Shown: positions 50,660-63,139 of the stretch, piece by piece | Numbering within the stretch: position 1 is the stretch's first letter | Layout of the letters: every line of letters begins with the position of its first letter | Source: Malacoraja senta | Taxonomy: Eukaryota | Direction: 5' to 3' | Length of the DNA: 64,000 bases | Assembly (NCBI GenBank): GCA_038087875.1 | Contig: CM075988.1 | Coordinates: 27,220,001-27,284,000 of the forward strand | Made by a program: the position numbers and the translations under genes | The notes under the pieces: model-generated | The model's database searches: none | Told to the model about the DNA's origin: nothing | Seen by the model: the letters and a program-made list of their open reading frames with translations, nothing else

Positions 50660-50990
50660 TAAACTCACAAACTTGGCCTTCTCATTATTATTGTGGAATC
50701 CCTCAACAACCTCACTCCTTCCTTTTTGCTGTCATCGTCTGAAGTCCTCCATACTTCTGAGGAATCTGCATTCTCTGAGTTCTGGCCTCTTGATCAGACC
50801 CTGAATTCAATTATTTCACCATTGGTGGCTGTGCATTCAGATCCTGATCCTAGATTTCTCTCTCAACATGCTCTTTGAAAGCACCCTCTAATACTGATAG
50901 TCCAAAGTAGCTCAAATTGTGTTTGTTAATGCACCTGTCAAGTGACGAAACATTTAGCAATGTTAAAGCTGTTCCATAAACATGTTGTTA
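50660..50990 (+). mobile_element. Old L2-type LINE 3' fragment
   Basis: TTCTGGCCTCTTG..CACCATTGGTGGCTGTGC.TTCAG..TGTTAAAG resembles the chondrichthyan L2 3' end as I recall it. Confidence 0.5.
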
Positions 50991-51516
50991 TACATTTGTT
51001 ATTCTAACGTGATCATTAATGGAGCATGACTGTTAATTGACAATGTCTAAAATTGCTCACATTTAAATTTTTTATTTTTTCTTAATTTACTGCCCTATTT
51101 TAAATATCACAGTTGCTCTGATGTCATATCTTCGTGGCTAATTTATATTGGCAATAAACAATTTCAATTTCTGCTACTGTCTTTGGCATTTAACACTTCT
51201 CTTGACTAAAGTCACCATTGAATTCTGACAGGCATCTGTTATGTTGCAAGCAGAGACTAGTCCTGAATGTAAAGGGTGAGTGAGCAGACATAGTGGTGTT
51301 GAAATTTGACCTTCGTTGTGTGGGCAAAGTGTTCAGTGCAGTAACATATACACATTGAGCACCACTCCTGAAAATAGATTTCAATTGACTTATGTGACCC
51401 AATGTGCATTTTAAAACATTCAGTTCATGTTAGTGATTTTATGTCAGAGTGATATTTCAAGTTTGTTTCTGTTTCATTTTTTTCTCTATTTCTTAAAGGT
51501 ACAAGATGTACTCGAG

Positions 51517-51835
51517 GGCAGCACAGTGGTGCAGCTGGTAGAACTGCTGTCTCACAACGCCAGAGATCCAGATTTGACCCTGACCTTGGGAGCTGTCTGT
51601 GTGGAGTTTGCACATTCTCCCTGTGACCATGTGGGTTTCCTCCAGGTGCTCCACTTTCCTCCATCATCCCAAAGACTGCAGGTTTGCAGGTTAATTTGCC
51701 TCTGTAAATTGCCCCGATGTGTAGGTAATGGATGTGAAAGTGGGATCACATAGAAGTAGTGTGAATGGGTGATCGATAGACAGCGTGGACCTGTTGGGCC
51801 AAAGAGACAATTTCAGTGCTGTATTTTTCAATTAA
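51517..51835 (+). mobile_element. HE1/V-type SINE, full length
   Basis: GGCAGCACAGTGGTGCAGCTGGTAG tRNA-like head, V-domain TGTGTGGAGTTTGCACATTCTCCC..GTGGGTTTCCTCC, CR1-like tail. Confidence 0.82.
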
Positions 51836-52693
51836 TTCAATATGTTTGCCTTGCTGCTGAACAGAATCTAAGATTTCCCCATTTATAAGCAATTAGTTCA
51901 CCAAATATCTTATCACGTATCATTCCATTCAGGGTTCTTGTCACTGGCAATGGGTTCTGGGAAGTCTATCAGAAGCTAAGAAATAGGTATAATGTTCCCT
52001 GATTAATGTAAATGAATAAATTACATTCTAAATGCAGTAGTTCTCATTGGTGTAGATTAAATTAGGAAATAAAGTGCCAGTTGCACTAACATATAATAAT
52101 AATAAACTTTATTTCGGACTCAAGGTCCAGACAAGGGACAACATTACATAAAAATGCATTGCACATTAAAAAATATCATAAAGTACATACAAAATCTTAG
52201 TATATCACTTATAAAAGCATCATAAACTATATATTTAAAAAAACAATACGATACATGAATTAAAATCCGGAATAAAAAGAATGATCAATGTCTTACAACG
52301 ATACCAGTGTCTCCACAACTGGGATTCGTAGCGTGTAGTGCTAAACCTTATGTTTGACAAGGCCACAATAATTACATTTTTAGTCATTTATCCTGCAGAT
52401 GAATTTATACATATGATTTCTTAGGATAGCTTCTAAAGTACTGACTCCTGCAGCCACAAACATATTACTAGCACTACACCATCTAGGTTTCCTTAGCAGT
52501 GTTCTCATGGCATCATTATATGACACCTTCAGTCTCTACAAACTTGTCTTTCCATAGTTCGACCACAGGTGCGCAGTATAAAGTGGTGTGCAATATGCTC
52601 TAAACAGCAACAACTTCACCACATCTGCACACGCACCAAACTTAAGCAAGAGAATATTTGCCTGTAGATACAGCATGCGTCGTTGCCTATAAA

Positions 52694-54703
52694 CACCTCT
52701 CATTGTTCCTGCTCCCAAAGTACTCCCCACTCATCAGACGGGTTAAACCCACTGTGAGGACAGTTAATGTCTGGTCAGAGGAGGCGGACTCCACACTTCA
52801 GCAGTGTTTTGGAAACACTGACTGGAAGGCGTTTGCAGCCCAGGCCGCCCTTGACTCCCACACGGACATTGACTCCTATACATCCTCTGTTCTGGACTTT
52901 ATAAACTCCACCATCAACAGTGTCACCTCCCTCAAACGGGTGACCATATTCCCGAATCAGAAGCCATGGATGAACTGCGAGGTCAGGCTACTGCTGAAAG
53001 CACGGGACACCGCTTTCAGGTCAGGCGATGCCCGAGCCTACAGTTCATCCAGGGCTAACCTGAAGAAGGGCATAAAGAAGGCCAAGCACTGCCATAAGCT
53101 CAGGATTGAGGAGCACTTCAACAACAACTCCTACCCCCGACGCATGTGGCAAGGCATCCAGGCCATCACGGACTTTAGACCCACCAACACCACCCCCACA
53201 TCCAGAAACACCTCCTTCCTTGAGGAGCTCAACCACTTCTATGGCCGCTTCGATAGGGACAATCGGCAGTTGGCCATCAAGGCGGTGCTCCCTGCCGATC
53301 ACCAGCCCCTCTCACTCACCCCCTACGACATGTACGTGGCACTGAGTAGGACTAATGCACGTAAGGCTGCTGGCCCTGACGGCATCCCCGGGCGCGTCCT
53401 CAGGGCCTGTGCTGCGCAGCTGACAGACGTCTGGACTGACATCTTCAACCTGTCACTTGCCCAAGCAGTTGTGCCCACGTGCCTTAAATCCACCTCCATC
53501 GTGCCGGTGCCAAAACACTCAACTGCGGCAAGCCTCAACGACTTCCGCCCAGTTGCACTTACTCCCATCATCGCCAAGTGCTTCGAGAGGCTGGTCCTGG
53601 CACACCTCAAAGGCTGCCTACCTCCCACACTGGATCCCTATCAGTTTGCCTACTGCAAGAACAGGAGTACGGAGGATGCCATCTCAACGGCACTTCACTC
53701 CGCCCTCTCCCACCTCGACAACAGAGACACTTACGTAAGAATGTTGTTCATCGATTACAGCTCAGCATTCAACACCATCATACCCTCTAAACTGATCACC
53801 AAACTCGGTGACCTGGGCATCGACCCCTCCCTCTGCAACTGGATACTGGACTTTCTAACTAACAGACCCCAGTCTGTTAGGTTAGACAAGCACACCTCTT
53901 CAACCCTCACCCTGAACACCGGCGTTCCACAGGGCTGTGTGCTGAGCCCCCTCCTCTACTCCCTCTTCACCTACGACTGCACACCTGTACATGGTACTAA
54001 CACCATCATCAAGTATGCAGATGATACAATGGTGATTGGCCTCATCAGCAACAACGATGAGTCGGCCTATAGGGAGGAGGTCCAGCTCCCAGCAGCATGG
54101 TGCGCTGACAACAACCTGGCCCTTAACACCAAGAAGACCAAGGAGCTCATTGTAGACTTCAGGAAGTCTAGGGGCGGCACGCACCCCCCCATCCACATTA
54201 ATGGGATGGAGGTGGAACTTGTTTCCAGCTTCAGGTTCCTGGGGGTCAACATCTCCGACGACCTCTCTTGGACCAACAATACCTCAACTCTGGTCAAGAA
54301 GGCTCACCAGCGTCTCTTCTTCCTGAGGAGACTAAAGAAGGTCCATCTGTCTCCTCAGATTCTGGTGAACTTCTACCGCTGCACCATCGAGAGCATCCTT
54401 ACCAAGTGCATCACAGTATGGTATGGCAACTGCTCTGTCTCCGACCGGAAAGCACTGCAGAGGGTGGTGAAAATTGCCCAACGCATCACCGGTTCCTCAC
54501 TCCCCTCCATTGAGTCTGTCCAAAGCAAGCGTTGTCTGCGAAAGGCGCTCAGCATCGCCAAGGACTGCTCTCACCCCAACCACAGACTGTTTACCCTCCT
54601 ACCATCCGGGAGGCGCTACAGGTCTCTCCGTTGCCGGACCAGCAGGTTCAGGAACAGCTTCTTCCCTGCGGCGGTTACACTACTCAACACTGTACCTCGG
54701 TGA
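52694..54703 (+). CDS. Rex1/Babar reverse transcriptase, uninterrupted for about 670 codons but lacking the start and APE domain
   Basis: [63 protein letters not shown]; begins at the H of the APE SDH motif. Confidence 0.92.
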   Translation, partial: HLSLFLLPKYSPLIRRVKPTVRTVNVWSEEADSTLQQCFGNTDWKAFAAQAALDSHTDIDSYTSSVLDFINSTINSVTSLKRVTIFPNQKPWMNCEVRLLLKARDTAFRSGDARAYSSSRANLKKGIKKAKHCHKLRIEEHFNNNSYPRRMWQGIQAITDFRPTNTTPTSRNTSFLEELNHFYGRFDRDNRQLAIKAVLPADHQPLSLTPYDMYVALSRTNARKAAGPDGIPGRVLRACAAQLTDVWTDIFNLSLAQAVVPTCLKSTSIVPVPKHSTAASLNDFRPVALTPIIAKCFERLVLAHLKGCLPPTLDPYQFAYCKNRSTEDAISTALHSALSHLDNRDTYVRMLFIDYSSAFNTIIPSKLITKLGDLGIDPSLCNWILDFLTNRPQSVRLDKHTSSTLTLNTGVPQGCVLSPLLYSLFTYDCTPVHGTNTIIKYADDTMVIGLISNNDESAYREEVQLPAAWCADNNLALNTKKTKELIVDFRKSRGGTHPPIHINGMEVELVSSFRFLGVNISDDLSWTNNTSTLVKKAHQRLFFLRRLKKVHLSPQILVNFYRCTIESILTKCITVWYGNCSVSDRKALQRVVKIAQRITGSSLPSIESVQSKRCLRKALSIAKDCSHPNHRLFTLLPSGRRYRSLRCRTSRFRNSFFPAAVTLLNTVPR

Positions 54704-54871
54704 CTGCCAATCACCCCCCCACCCCCCGGACACTCCTCCCACCAGGATTTATTAGATTTATTTATTTATTGCTCATATTTATGTCGCTCTTCTAGGGAGA
54801 TGCTAACTGCATTTCGTTGTCTCTGTACTGTACACTGCACAATGACAATAAAGTGGAATCTGATCTGAATC
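52694..54871 (+). mobile_element. Rex1/Babar LINE, 5'-truncated, young; TSD TAAA
   Basis: TAAA at 52690-52693 and 54872-54875; excision restores RTE-X DDEDIYRQRRMLY; tail GACAATAAAG..(GAATCT)n. Confidence 0.93.
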
Positions 54872-55855
54872 TAAATATCCTCATCATCTGTCATTTGTTC
54901 TGTAATAAAATGCCCTATATATATTTTATTTTATTACAGACACTAAGATTATTGTCAGACAAATTTAAAATCAGGACATTTTAGACATTTATCCTCTTTG
55001 GTACTACAGATCATAACGGCACTCTTACAAGCATTATATTTAATATCATGTTCTACACCATACATAGAACATATAGTAAGGAGCTGCTGTAGACCAGTGC
55101 TAGATGGACTAAAGACCACAAGATCATCTGCATACATAATATGGTTCACTAAAATATTACCAATCATGCACCCAGTATTACAGGCTTTCAATTGTTTGGA
55201 CAGATCATCAATATAAAGATTAAAAAGGACTGGGGACAAAATTCCCCCTTGTCTAACACCATTGCTAACCCCAAATGGGGCTGAGACCCTATTGCCCCAT
55301 TTTATTTGCATAGTCTGGTGGGCATACCAGTAGGCCAGAATTCTCACAATGTATTTAGGCACCCCTCTTTGACTCATTTTAACAAACAGCTTTCTGTGAT
55401 TAACACGGTCAAAGGCTTTGGAAGCATCAATAAAGCACATACGGATTGAAGAGTTTTTGCCTCTATATTTGTTTACAATCTCATTTAGGGCATATATGCA
55501 TAAGTCAGTGCCATGTTTAGCTTTAAACCCAAACTGGTTATCTGTGGAGTTAACAAACTTATTTACTCTATCCAGCAGAACTCTTTCTAAAACTTTTGAC
55601 AATATTCTGGCTAAAGCTATGGGCCTGTAATTATTTAGGCTACCTACTTTACCAGCTTTATCCTTAATGACCTGCACCAACAGAACAGACAACATTGAGT
55701 GGTAACAAGCCATGAATCATAAAGCCAGTAAAACAAATAGCAAGGAGAGGGGCTATCCTCATACTCGCATACTTAAGATGTTCAGCAGAAATATGATCCA
55801 AGCCACTTGCTTTGCTGTTGGACAGCTTGTTCATGGCATGACACACATCATATGA

Positions 55856-56528
55856 CATAGATACATAGAAAATAGGTGCAGGAGTAGGCCATTCGGCCCT
55901 TCGAGCCTGCACCGCCATTCAATATGATCATGGCTGATCATCCAACTCAGTATCCTGGACCTGCCTTCTCTCCATACCCCCTGATCCCTTTAGCCACAAG
56001 GGCCACATCTAACTCCCTCTTAAATATAGCCAATGAACTGGCCTCAACTACCCTCTGTGGCAGAGAGTTCCAGAGATTCACCACTCTCTGTGTGAAAAAG
56101 TTTTTTCTCATCTCGGTCTTACAGGATTTCCCCCTTATCCTTAAGCTGTGACCCCTTGTCCTGGACTTCCCCAACATCGGGAACAATCTTCCTGCATCTA
56201 GCCTGTCCAACCCCATAAGAATTTTGTACGTTTCTATAAGATCCCCTCTCAATCTCCTAAATTCTAGCGAGTATAAGCCAAGTCTATCCAGTCTTTCTTC
56301 ATATGAAAGACCTGACATCCCAGGAATCAGTCTGGTGAACCTTCTCTGCACTCCCTCTATGGCTATAATGTCCTTCCTCAGATTTAGAGACCAAAACTGT
56401 ACGCAATACTCCAGGTGTGGTCTCACCAAGACCCTGTACAACTGCAGTAGAACCTCCCTGCTCCTATACTCAAATCCTTTTGCCATGAAAGCTAACATAC
56501 CATTCGCTTTCTTCACTGCCTGCTGCAT
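55856..56528 (-). mobile_element. CR1 3' fragment nested in RTE-X
   Basis: Nearly identical to 18810-19425. Confidence 0.93.
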
Positions 56529-56600
56529 ACATTGCAACATAATCACCATTGAGTCATTACTCTCAATATTGTCCACCCTATACAAGTCACCTTGGGCACA

Positions 56601-56872
56601 TATAACCATATAACAATTACAGCACGGAAACAGGCCATCTCGGCCGTTTTAGTCCGTGCCAAACACTTATTATCACCTAGTTCCATCTACCTGCACTCAG
56701 ACCATAACCCTCCATTCCTTTCCCGTCCATGTACCTATCCAATTTATTTTTAAATGATAAAATCGAACCTGCCTCCACCACTTCCACTGGAAGCTTATTC
56801 CACACAGCTACCACTCTCTGAGTAAAGAAGTTCCCCCTCATGTTACCCCTAAAATTCTGTCCCTTAATTCTG
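56601..56872 (-). mobile_element. CR1 3' fragment (third subfamily) nested in RTE-X
   Basis: (ATATAACC)n tail and CR1 3'UTR; RTE-X rejoins LFNCV|QGDLY. Confidence 0.8.
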
Positions 56873-57263
56873 ACACAGTTGAATAAAGTACTATAATGTT
56901 GTCGCCATAAGGCCGCGATATTAGCTGTTCCGGAGATTCCATCTACAGTGCATGGTACAGATGTTTTACCATGGTACAGATGTTTTGCAACTGTTAAGAA
57001 CTCTCACTTCTTTCCAAAAATCAGTATCATTGTTAATTAGCAGCTTCTGAGCCATGGAATCAGCCCTCATAGCTTGCTCATTTTTACAGACGAAGCGAAT
57101 AGCATACTTATACCTTGCATCAGTGAGCTTCTTGTACTCAAACACAGGCCCCTGTCTGGGTTTACCTGCCATAGCCCATGATTCAGCTACAAACTTATTC
57201 CAGCCAGGCCTGATGTTATGTATCTTATTTTTATGCTTGCAGTAGGGCTTACTGCCTACATAT

Positions 57264-57466
57264 TGTAAAGGATTGATATCGAGACATCGTTACTTTACTA
57301 TCTTTATTCATACTGGACATTATACATTGCACTAGCTGTACGTGGTCTGTCACAGGAACTAGAGGGCGATCTGTGGGTGTGGAGGTTGTAGTTATACTTG
57401 TGATATGGGGAGTGGTTAGTGGGTGTGAGGTCACTATGTTAAAGGCACATGCATATCTCATCTACA
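57264..57466. mobile_element. Solo LTR (203 bp), TSD CATAT
   Basis: TGTA...TACA termini; CATAT at 57259-57263 and 57467-57471; removal restores the RTE-X frame SALYVGSKPYC. Confidence 0.85.
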
Positions 57467-59854
57467 CATATAGAGCGCTTACTATATAATTATACATGGA
57501 GCAGATATCTCTCCTATGCTTCATATCCTAACAATTAACATTACTACACCTTATTGCATCTTTAGGTAGATGAATATTGCTTAAGGATTTATCTGTATGG
57601 GCATAATAGGCTAGGATGTCTTCCTTTGTGAGCGTTGACCAGTCCAGTTTTTCTGTGTTAAAGCTATTTCTATCTCTGGATACCACAGGTATGTGTTCAA
57701 CATTTATTGTCATAGCAACAGGTATATGATCAGTCATTCCTGCCACATACAAAATGCTCATACACCCCAATGGGGCGTGTGCATCAGCTGTACTAATACA
57801 GTGGTCCAGCCATGACGTAGTGTGCCAGACGTCACTAATATAAGTATAACCATCTGTAGGTAAAAGCACTTTGCTTGACAATATTAAATTATTATCTTGA
57901 CAGAACTGAGCCATATGATTGGCAAATGAGTTGCTGTCTGAGATATCTGCATTCATATCCCCAATGACATATACACTACAATAATTATTGTTTTGAATAA
58001 AAGAATAGATGAAAGTGAGCTTATTTAAATATTCATCCTCATTCTGATGGCATTCATAGGGTGTATATACATTCAGGATAACAAATTCCTTGTTGTTGTG
58101 AGCAAAGTGTATGGCAATGCACCAGTCAGCATCAAGCCGAACCACATTTATTGATGAGTCAAGCTTCTTGTTCCATAGAATAGCCACACCCCCTGGTATC
58201 CTACCTCTGACTATTCCCATGCCAAGGTCAGTTGTAGACTCCCCAACCCCATTACAGTTGTCATTGAGAGAATTGAGTTTGTCCCAAGTCTTGCTTCGCT
58301 AAGAATACATAATATGTCACAGTTCTCCAGAAGGTTGTCAACAACTGAGCGGCGAGCTTTATCCCCTGCGCTCTGGCCCAATGCAGGCCATGACAGTTGT
58401 ACGATAGTACCCGGATGTTCATTTAGCGATAGTAATGAGTGCCCCTTAGACAACATAGACACATTTTCTCTTTGAATTGTGTAGAAGCACAACTACAAAA
58501 GATTTAAGAGAGTTGGATACTTACATTAAACAGTAACAACGAGACGCATCACATTATCCAGCCAGAAATGGGTTATTCCCCCATCAGTCACCTGCTGTGA
58601 GACTGGAATGATTTTTCCAAAAATAGTTTAAATTGTATGACCATGCTTCACGAATTATGTCTTGCTGTCATGAAACTGAAAACACAATACACTGTATATC
58701 CTGGATTCGGCAACAAATACAAACTGCTGGAGGAACTCAATGGGTCAGGCAGCATCTGTCGAGTCAACGTTTCAAGACAAGACCATCCTTCTGGACTGAG
58801 GAGAAGTCTCAATCTGAAATGTTGGCTTTCCATCTCGTTACACATATGCTGGCTGACTTGCTGAGTTCTATCAGCAATTTGTTTTTGCTTGTAATGAATA
58901 TGCTCTGCAGCAGATGACTGTCGGTACCTGTAATCCGGCTTGGGTCCAAACTGAGATGTCTGGAACCGGAGTTGGAATCCCCGAGGTGGAAGATGGAGGT
59001 GCAGGCAAGCACTGAGAAAGAGCGGCAGATCGACTACTATCAGGTTTCCTTCTCACCAGAGATGCTGCCTGCCCCGCTGAGTTATTCCAGCATTTTGTGT
59101 CTATCTTTGGTTTAAACCAGCATCTGCAGTTCCTTCCTACACATATGTCCCGTTTGTTTTTTTAAACACTTCCTCTTATAGAGTCATACAGCATGGAAAC
59201 AGGGCCTTTGGTCCAATTTGCCCATGCCAACCAAGATGCCTCACCTACACTAGTCCCACCTGCCCAAATTAGGCCTACATCCCTCTAAACCTTTCTTATC
59301 CATGTACTTGTCCAAATGTATTTTAAATGTTGTATAGAACCTGTCTCAACTACGCACTCTGGCAGCTTGTTCCATAGGCCCACCTATGTGTGTGAAAAAG
59401 TTGACCCTCAGGTTCCTATTAAATATTTCCCCTCTCACCTTAAACCTAAGTCCCCTTGTTCATTATTCCCTTACTCTAGGTAAAAGACTGCGTATTTATC
59501 CGATCTATTCACCTCATGACATTATGCACCTTCATAGGATTCTGCCAGCTAATTGACAGAAATGATTGTAATATCTTGAGAACACATTAAAACACTGTAT
59601 GCATACATCAAAACGGTATTAGTCAGTAAGCAAGAAATGACATTTACTTGTGTGCTTATTGATTCTTCACACTCCAGCTTTGTCCTGTCAACTACATGGG
59701 TCTCCTGCCCAGCTGGACTATACCATGTTCACACAGTCTGCAGAGCACAGTATTGCCATGCATATTTAATCTTTGCAACTCTAGTGTTAATATTTACTCT
59801 CTATAAAGTATTCTCGAGCTATAGAATTGGCTTTCCCGAATAAAATTTGTTGAG

Positions 59855-60110
59855 TTTAGTTTAGAGATTCAGTGCGGAAACAGGTCCTTCGGCACAACGA
59901 TTCTGAGCCGATCAGCGATCCCCTTACACTAGCACTATCCGACACACTGGGGATAATTTTACAATGTTTTTTTACTGGTCAATTAACCGACACACCTGTA
60001 TGTCGTATGTCTTTGAAGTGTGGGAAGAAGGTGCAAACTCCATACAGATAGCACCCGTAGTCAGGATCAAATCCGGGTATCGGGCGTTGTAAGGCAGCAA
60101 CTCTATCGCT
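59855..60110 (-). mobile_element. HE1/V-type SINE
   Basis: Tail AGTTTAGTTTAGAG..GGAAACAGG, body as in other copies. Confidence 0.75.
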
Positions 60111-60339
60111 CTCTCCTTCCTCTCTGTGCTCTCTCCTTCCTCTCTGCCACCTCATTCCCATTCTCTCCTTCGTTCTCCTTCTCCCTCTCCCCTATTTTCA
60201 TTTCAGTACTGAGCGGGATTTGAACTTGCCTTCTCCAGGTTACCGGTTACCTACCCAGTTCGCTACTGCTATGCCACCCTGCATTTGTTGAGCGATGCAA
60301 ATAGAAAAAGTTTCTTTGACATAGATATAACATAGAGAA

Positions 60340-60640
60340 GCACAGTGGCGCAGCTGGTTTCTGCTGCCTCACAACATCAGAGACTCGGGTTTGACCTAAC
60401 CTTAGGTGGGTGGAGCTTGCACGTTCTCCCTCTGACTGCATGGGTTTCCACCAGGTGTTCCCGTTTCCTCCTGCATTAAATATGAGGCTTTGTAGGTTCA
60501 TTGGCCTCGGTAAATTACCTGTAGGGAGTGGATGAGAAAATGGGATAACAAGGAATTAGTGTGAACAGGTAATCGTTGGTCAGCATGGGCTCAATGGGCT
60601 GAAGGGCATGTTTCCATGATGTATCTCTAAACTAAACTAG
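60340..60640 (+). mobile_element. HE1/V-type SINE
   Basis: GCACAGTGGCGCAGCTGG head, V-domain, TCTAAACTAAAC tail. Confidence 0.78.
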
Positions 60641-61644
60641 AGCGGGACAGCACAGGTACAGAGTACACAATGACCATGACGAGCACAATGCAAAGTCACA
60701 AAATGGAATTTGTGGAATTCTCTGCCACAGAACGCAGTGGAGGCCAATTCACTGGATGTTTTCAAGAGAGAGAGTTAGATTTAACTCTTAGCGCTAAGGG
60801 AATCAAGGGATATAGGGAAAAGGCCAGAACGGGGTACTGATCAGCCATGATCATATTGAATGGCGGTGCTGGCTCAAGGGGCCGAATGGCCTACTACTGC
60901 TCCTATTTTCTATCTTTCTGTTTCTACGTGATCCAAGTCAAACTAATCATCTTGGCCTGGACATGATCCATACCCCCCACATTTCTTGCAGATCCATGTG
61001 CTGAAAATATGTTGGATATTTTCATTTCTTCCTTAAATTCCCAGTTTCTAATCTTCTTTTGATCTTTTCATTTGCTTATTTCAATTAGGTTGGCTTGGAA
61101 GGAGAAGATATCACACTCATATGTTGTATAAATCTGGGATTGATCTCAGTTTGAAGTCAACACATGATTAATTCTCAAAATACCATTGGCCTTTCATGGA
61201 CAGTTGTCCTGTGTGCTGGAAAATTACTTGGTGAATTTCTTCAATGGGGAGCTGGGCCCATTTTTAGTTTTACCTCATCTTGTAATAAAGGTAGCATTCT
61301 GGATTATTTCAGAAATAAAATTTAAAAATGTTGGAAATACTCAGCAGATCAGGCAGCATCTGTGAAGAGAGAAACAGTGAATCTTGCAGATGGATGATCT
61401 TTCATCACGTGATTGCCTTAGATTATTTTCAATTGCCTGAAGGTCTGAAGAAATTCACAGAGATTCTTCCCACCTTTCTCGCCCAAAAAAGGTGGAGTCT
61501 TCCAATGCTTTCTGCCTCTCCCAGGTCATCAAATTGTTTGGTAAAAAGTGAGAATCCCACTGATACACAAATCATATTTGTATGGGCAGGCCAATTGGCT
61601 AAGTGTCCCGACATAGACACCAGGACTTGCTGGAAACATGAGCA

Positions 61645-61828
61645 AAACCACAAAGTGCTGGAGTAACTCAGTGGGTCTGGCAGCATCTCTGCAGAACATG
61701 AATAGGCAACATTTCGGGTCGGGAATCTTCTTCAGACCCAAGAAGGGTCCCAACCCGAAATATTGAATATGCATATTCTCCAGAAATGCTGCCTGTCTCG
61801 CTGAGTTACTCCAGTACTTTGTGTTGCT
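61645..61828. repeat. Palindromic, probably Penelope-derived, repeat with a hammerhead-like core on the minus strand
   Basis: Arms CACAAAGTGCTGGAGTAACTCAG.. / ..CTGAGTTACTCCAGTACTTTGTG; minus strand CTGAAGA-AGATTCCCGACCC-GAAA. Confidence 0.75.
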
Positions 61829-62355
61829 TGCCCAAGTATCTTGATCATCTCTGATCATAACCACGCTGGTAGGCTTAGTCATCATTAGCCATCTTAGGGC
61901 TAATGAGTTAATATGCTGGAGCCCAATTAATAAAAGAATATGTAAATGCTCTGCAGCTATGACAGTATTTTCAAGGGCACTTTACAGGATTACTTGCTGC
62001 TTTACGAGGAAATTAATTTGTACTGATATCTGCAATGCACAGACTTAGCCTCAGATGACATTTTGCTCCCTTTCAGAATCCGTGGATAGCTGCAATCCAA
62101 GCATTTCTATTTGCACCGCAGGCCACATTGTGATTGAATTTCTTGCAGACAGAACTTCATTCCTAAACTGCTGGAAATGATCTCTGAGAATGCTTAAACT
62201 CTGATTGAAATATTCCATGACACAAATATGAGTTAGTATTGACTGACAATGAGCAACAAGCTGTAATCTTGCCTTTCCAGCTGTGCATTCTCCAGTTGCA
62301 GTTTCAGACGAATGATGTGTGTAATGCAGATTGGTGTCTTGATAGTTGCATCCTA

Positions 62356-62670
62356 GTTTAGTTGTTTAGTTTTGAGATACAGGCCCTTCGGCCCACCTTG
62401 TCCGCACCAACCAGTGATCCCCGCATATTAACACTATCCTACACACACGAGGGACAATTCTTACATTTACCACGCCAATTAACCTACATACCTGTACTTC
62501 TTTGGAGTGTGGGAGGAAACCGAAGATCTCGTAGAAAACCCACACAGGTCACAGGGTGAATGTACAAACTATGCACAGAGGGCACCTGTAGTCGTGATTG
62601 AACCTGGGTCTCCGGCGCTGCATTCGCTGAGGCAGCAACTCTACCGCTGTGCCACCGTGCCACCCTGTTG
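62356..62670 (-). mobile_element. HE1/V-type SINE
   Basis: Full tail-to-head match to other copies. Confidence 0.8.
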
Positions 62671-63139
62671 CATTGATATTTTCCCAGCCCATAACCACTG
62701 ACTGTGATATGCCAAGGAGATGATGCATTTGATCTCATCTCCTGCAGCAGCAAGGGATTACCAAGTGGAGAGGGGGCAGTGCAGGAATGTTCCTGAGTTC
62801 TCCTTGGAAAGCTGTAAAGTTCCTACTGTCTCATGGTAATCCTCCTTGTATTTGGAATGGAAAGAAGGCATTCAGAATGGTACTGAGGATCCAGTAACCC
62901 TTCCCTGGGACTGCACAGGAGCCCAATGTCATACGTGGAGCGGCCACAACACCTCTCAGTCTGCTTGCCTGCCCCCTGAAGCATCTTCTGTCCTTCTGTA
63001 GTAAACTTTAGGGAACCCACATTACACCTCATTGACCCACAGGTCGAGTGGAAGCACTGAAGCACAACTTCAAATTCCTCAGAATTAATGTCACCAACAA
63101 CCTCTCCGGGACCACCTATACTGAAGCAATGACCAAGAC

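Larger units (their letters stand above)
52093..58460 (-). mobile_element. RTE-X-like LINE, near-complete ORF2, disrupted by four nested insertions
   Basis: Start MNIRVLSYNC at 58422; APE GGVAILW..GDMN..WLDHC..TDH; RT FIDASKAFDRVNH..GVRQGGILSP..YADDL; C-terminus QANIL..KF..VKLLLFRAYCTPLY; AATAAA plus (TTA)n tail. Clade assigned from motif style. Confidence 0.85.

Noticed and set aside
51231..51280. Possible small exon (GACAG|..AAGG|GTGAGT)
   Set aside because: Poor polypyrimidine tract and unrecognised peptide; cannot be supported without RNA-seq.
51517..51590. tRNA gene
   Set aside because: Degenerate tRNA-derived SINE head continuing into a SINE body; no cloverleaf.
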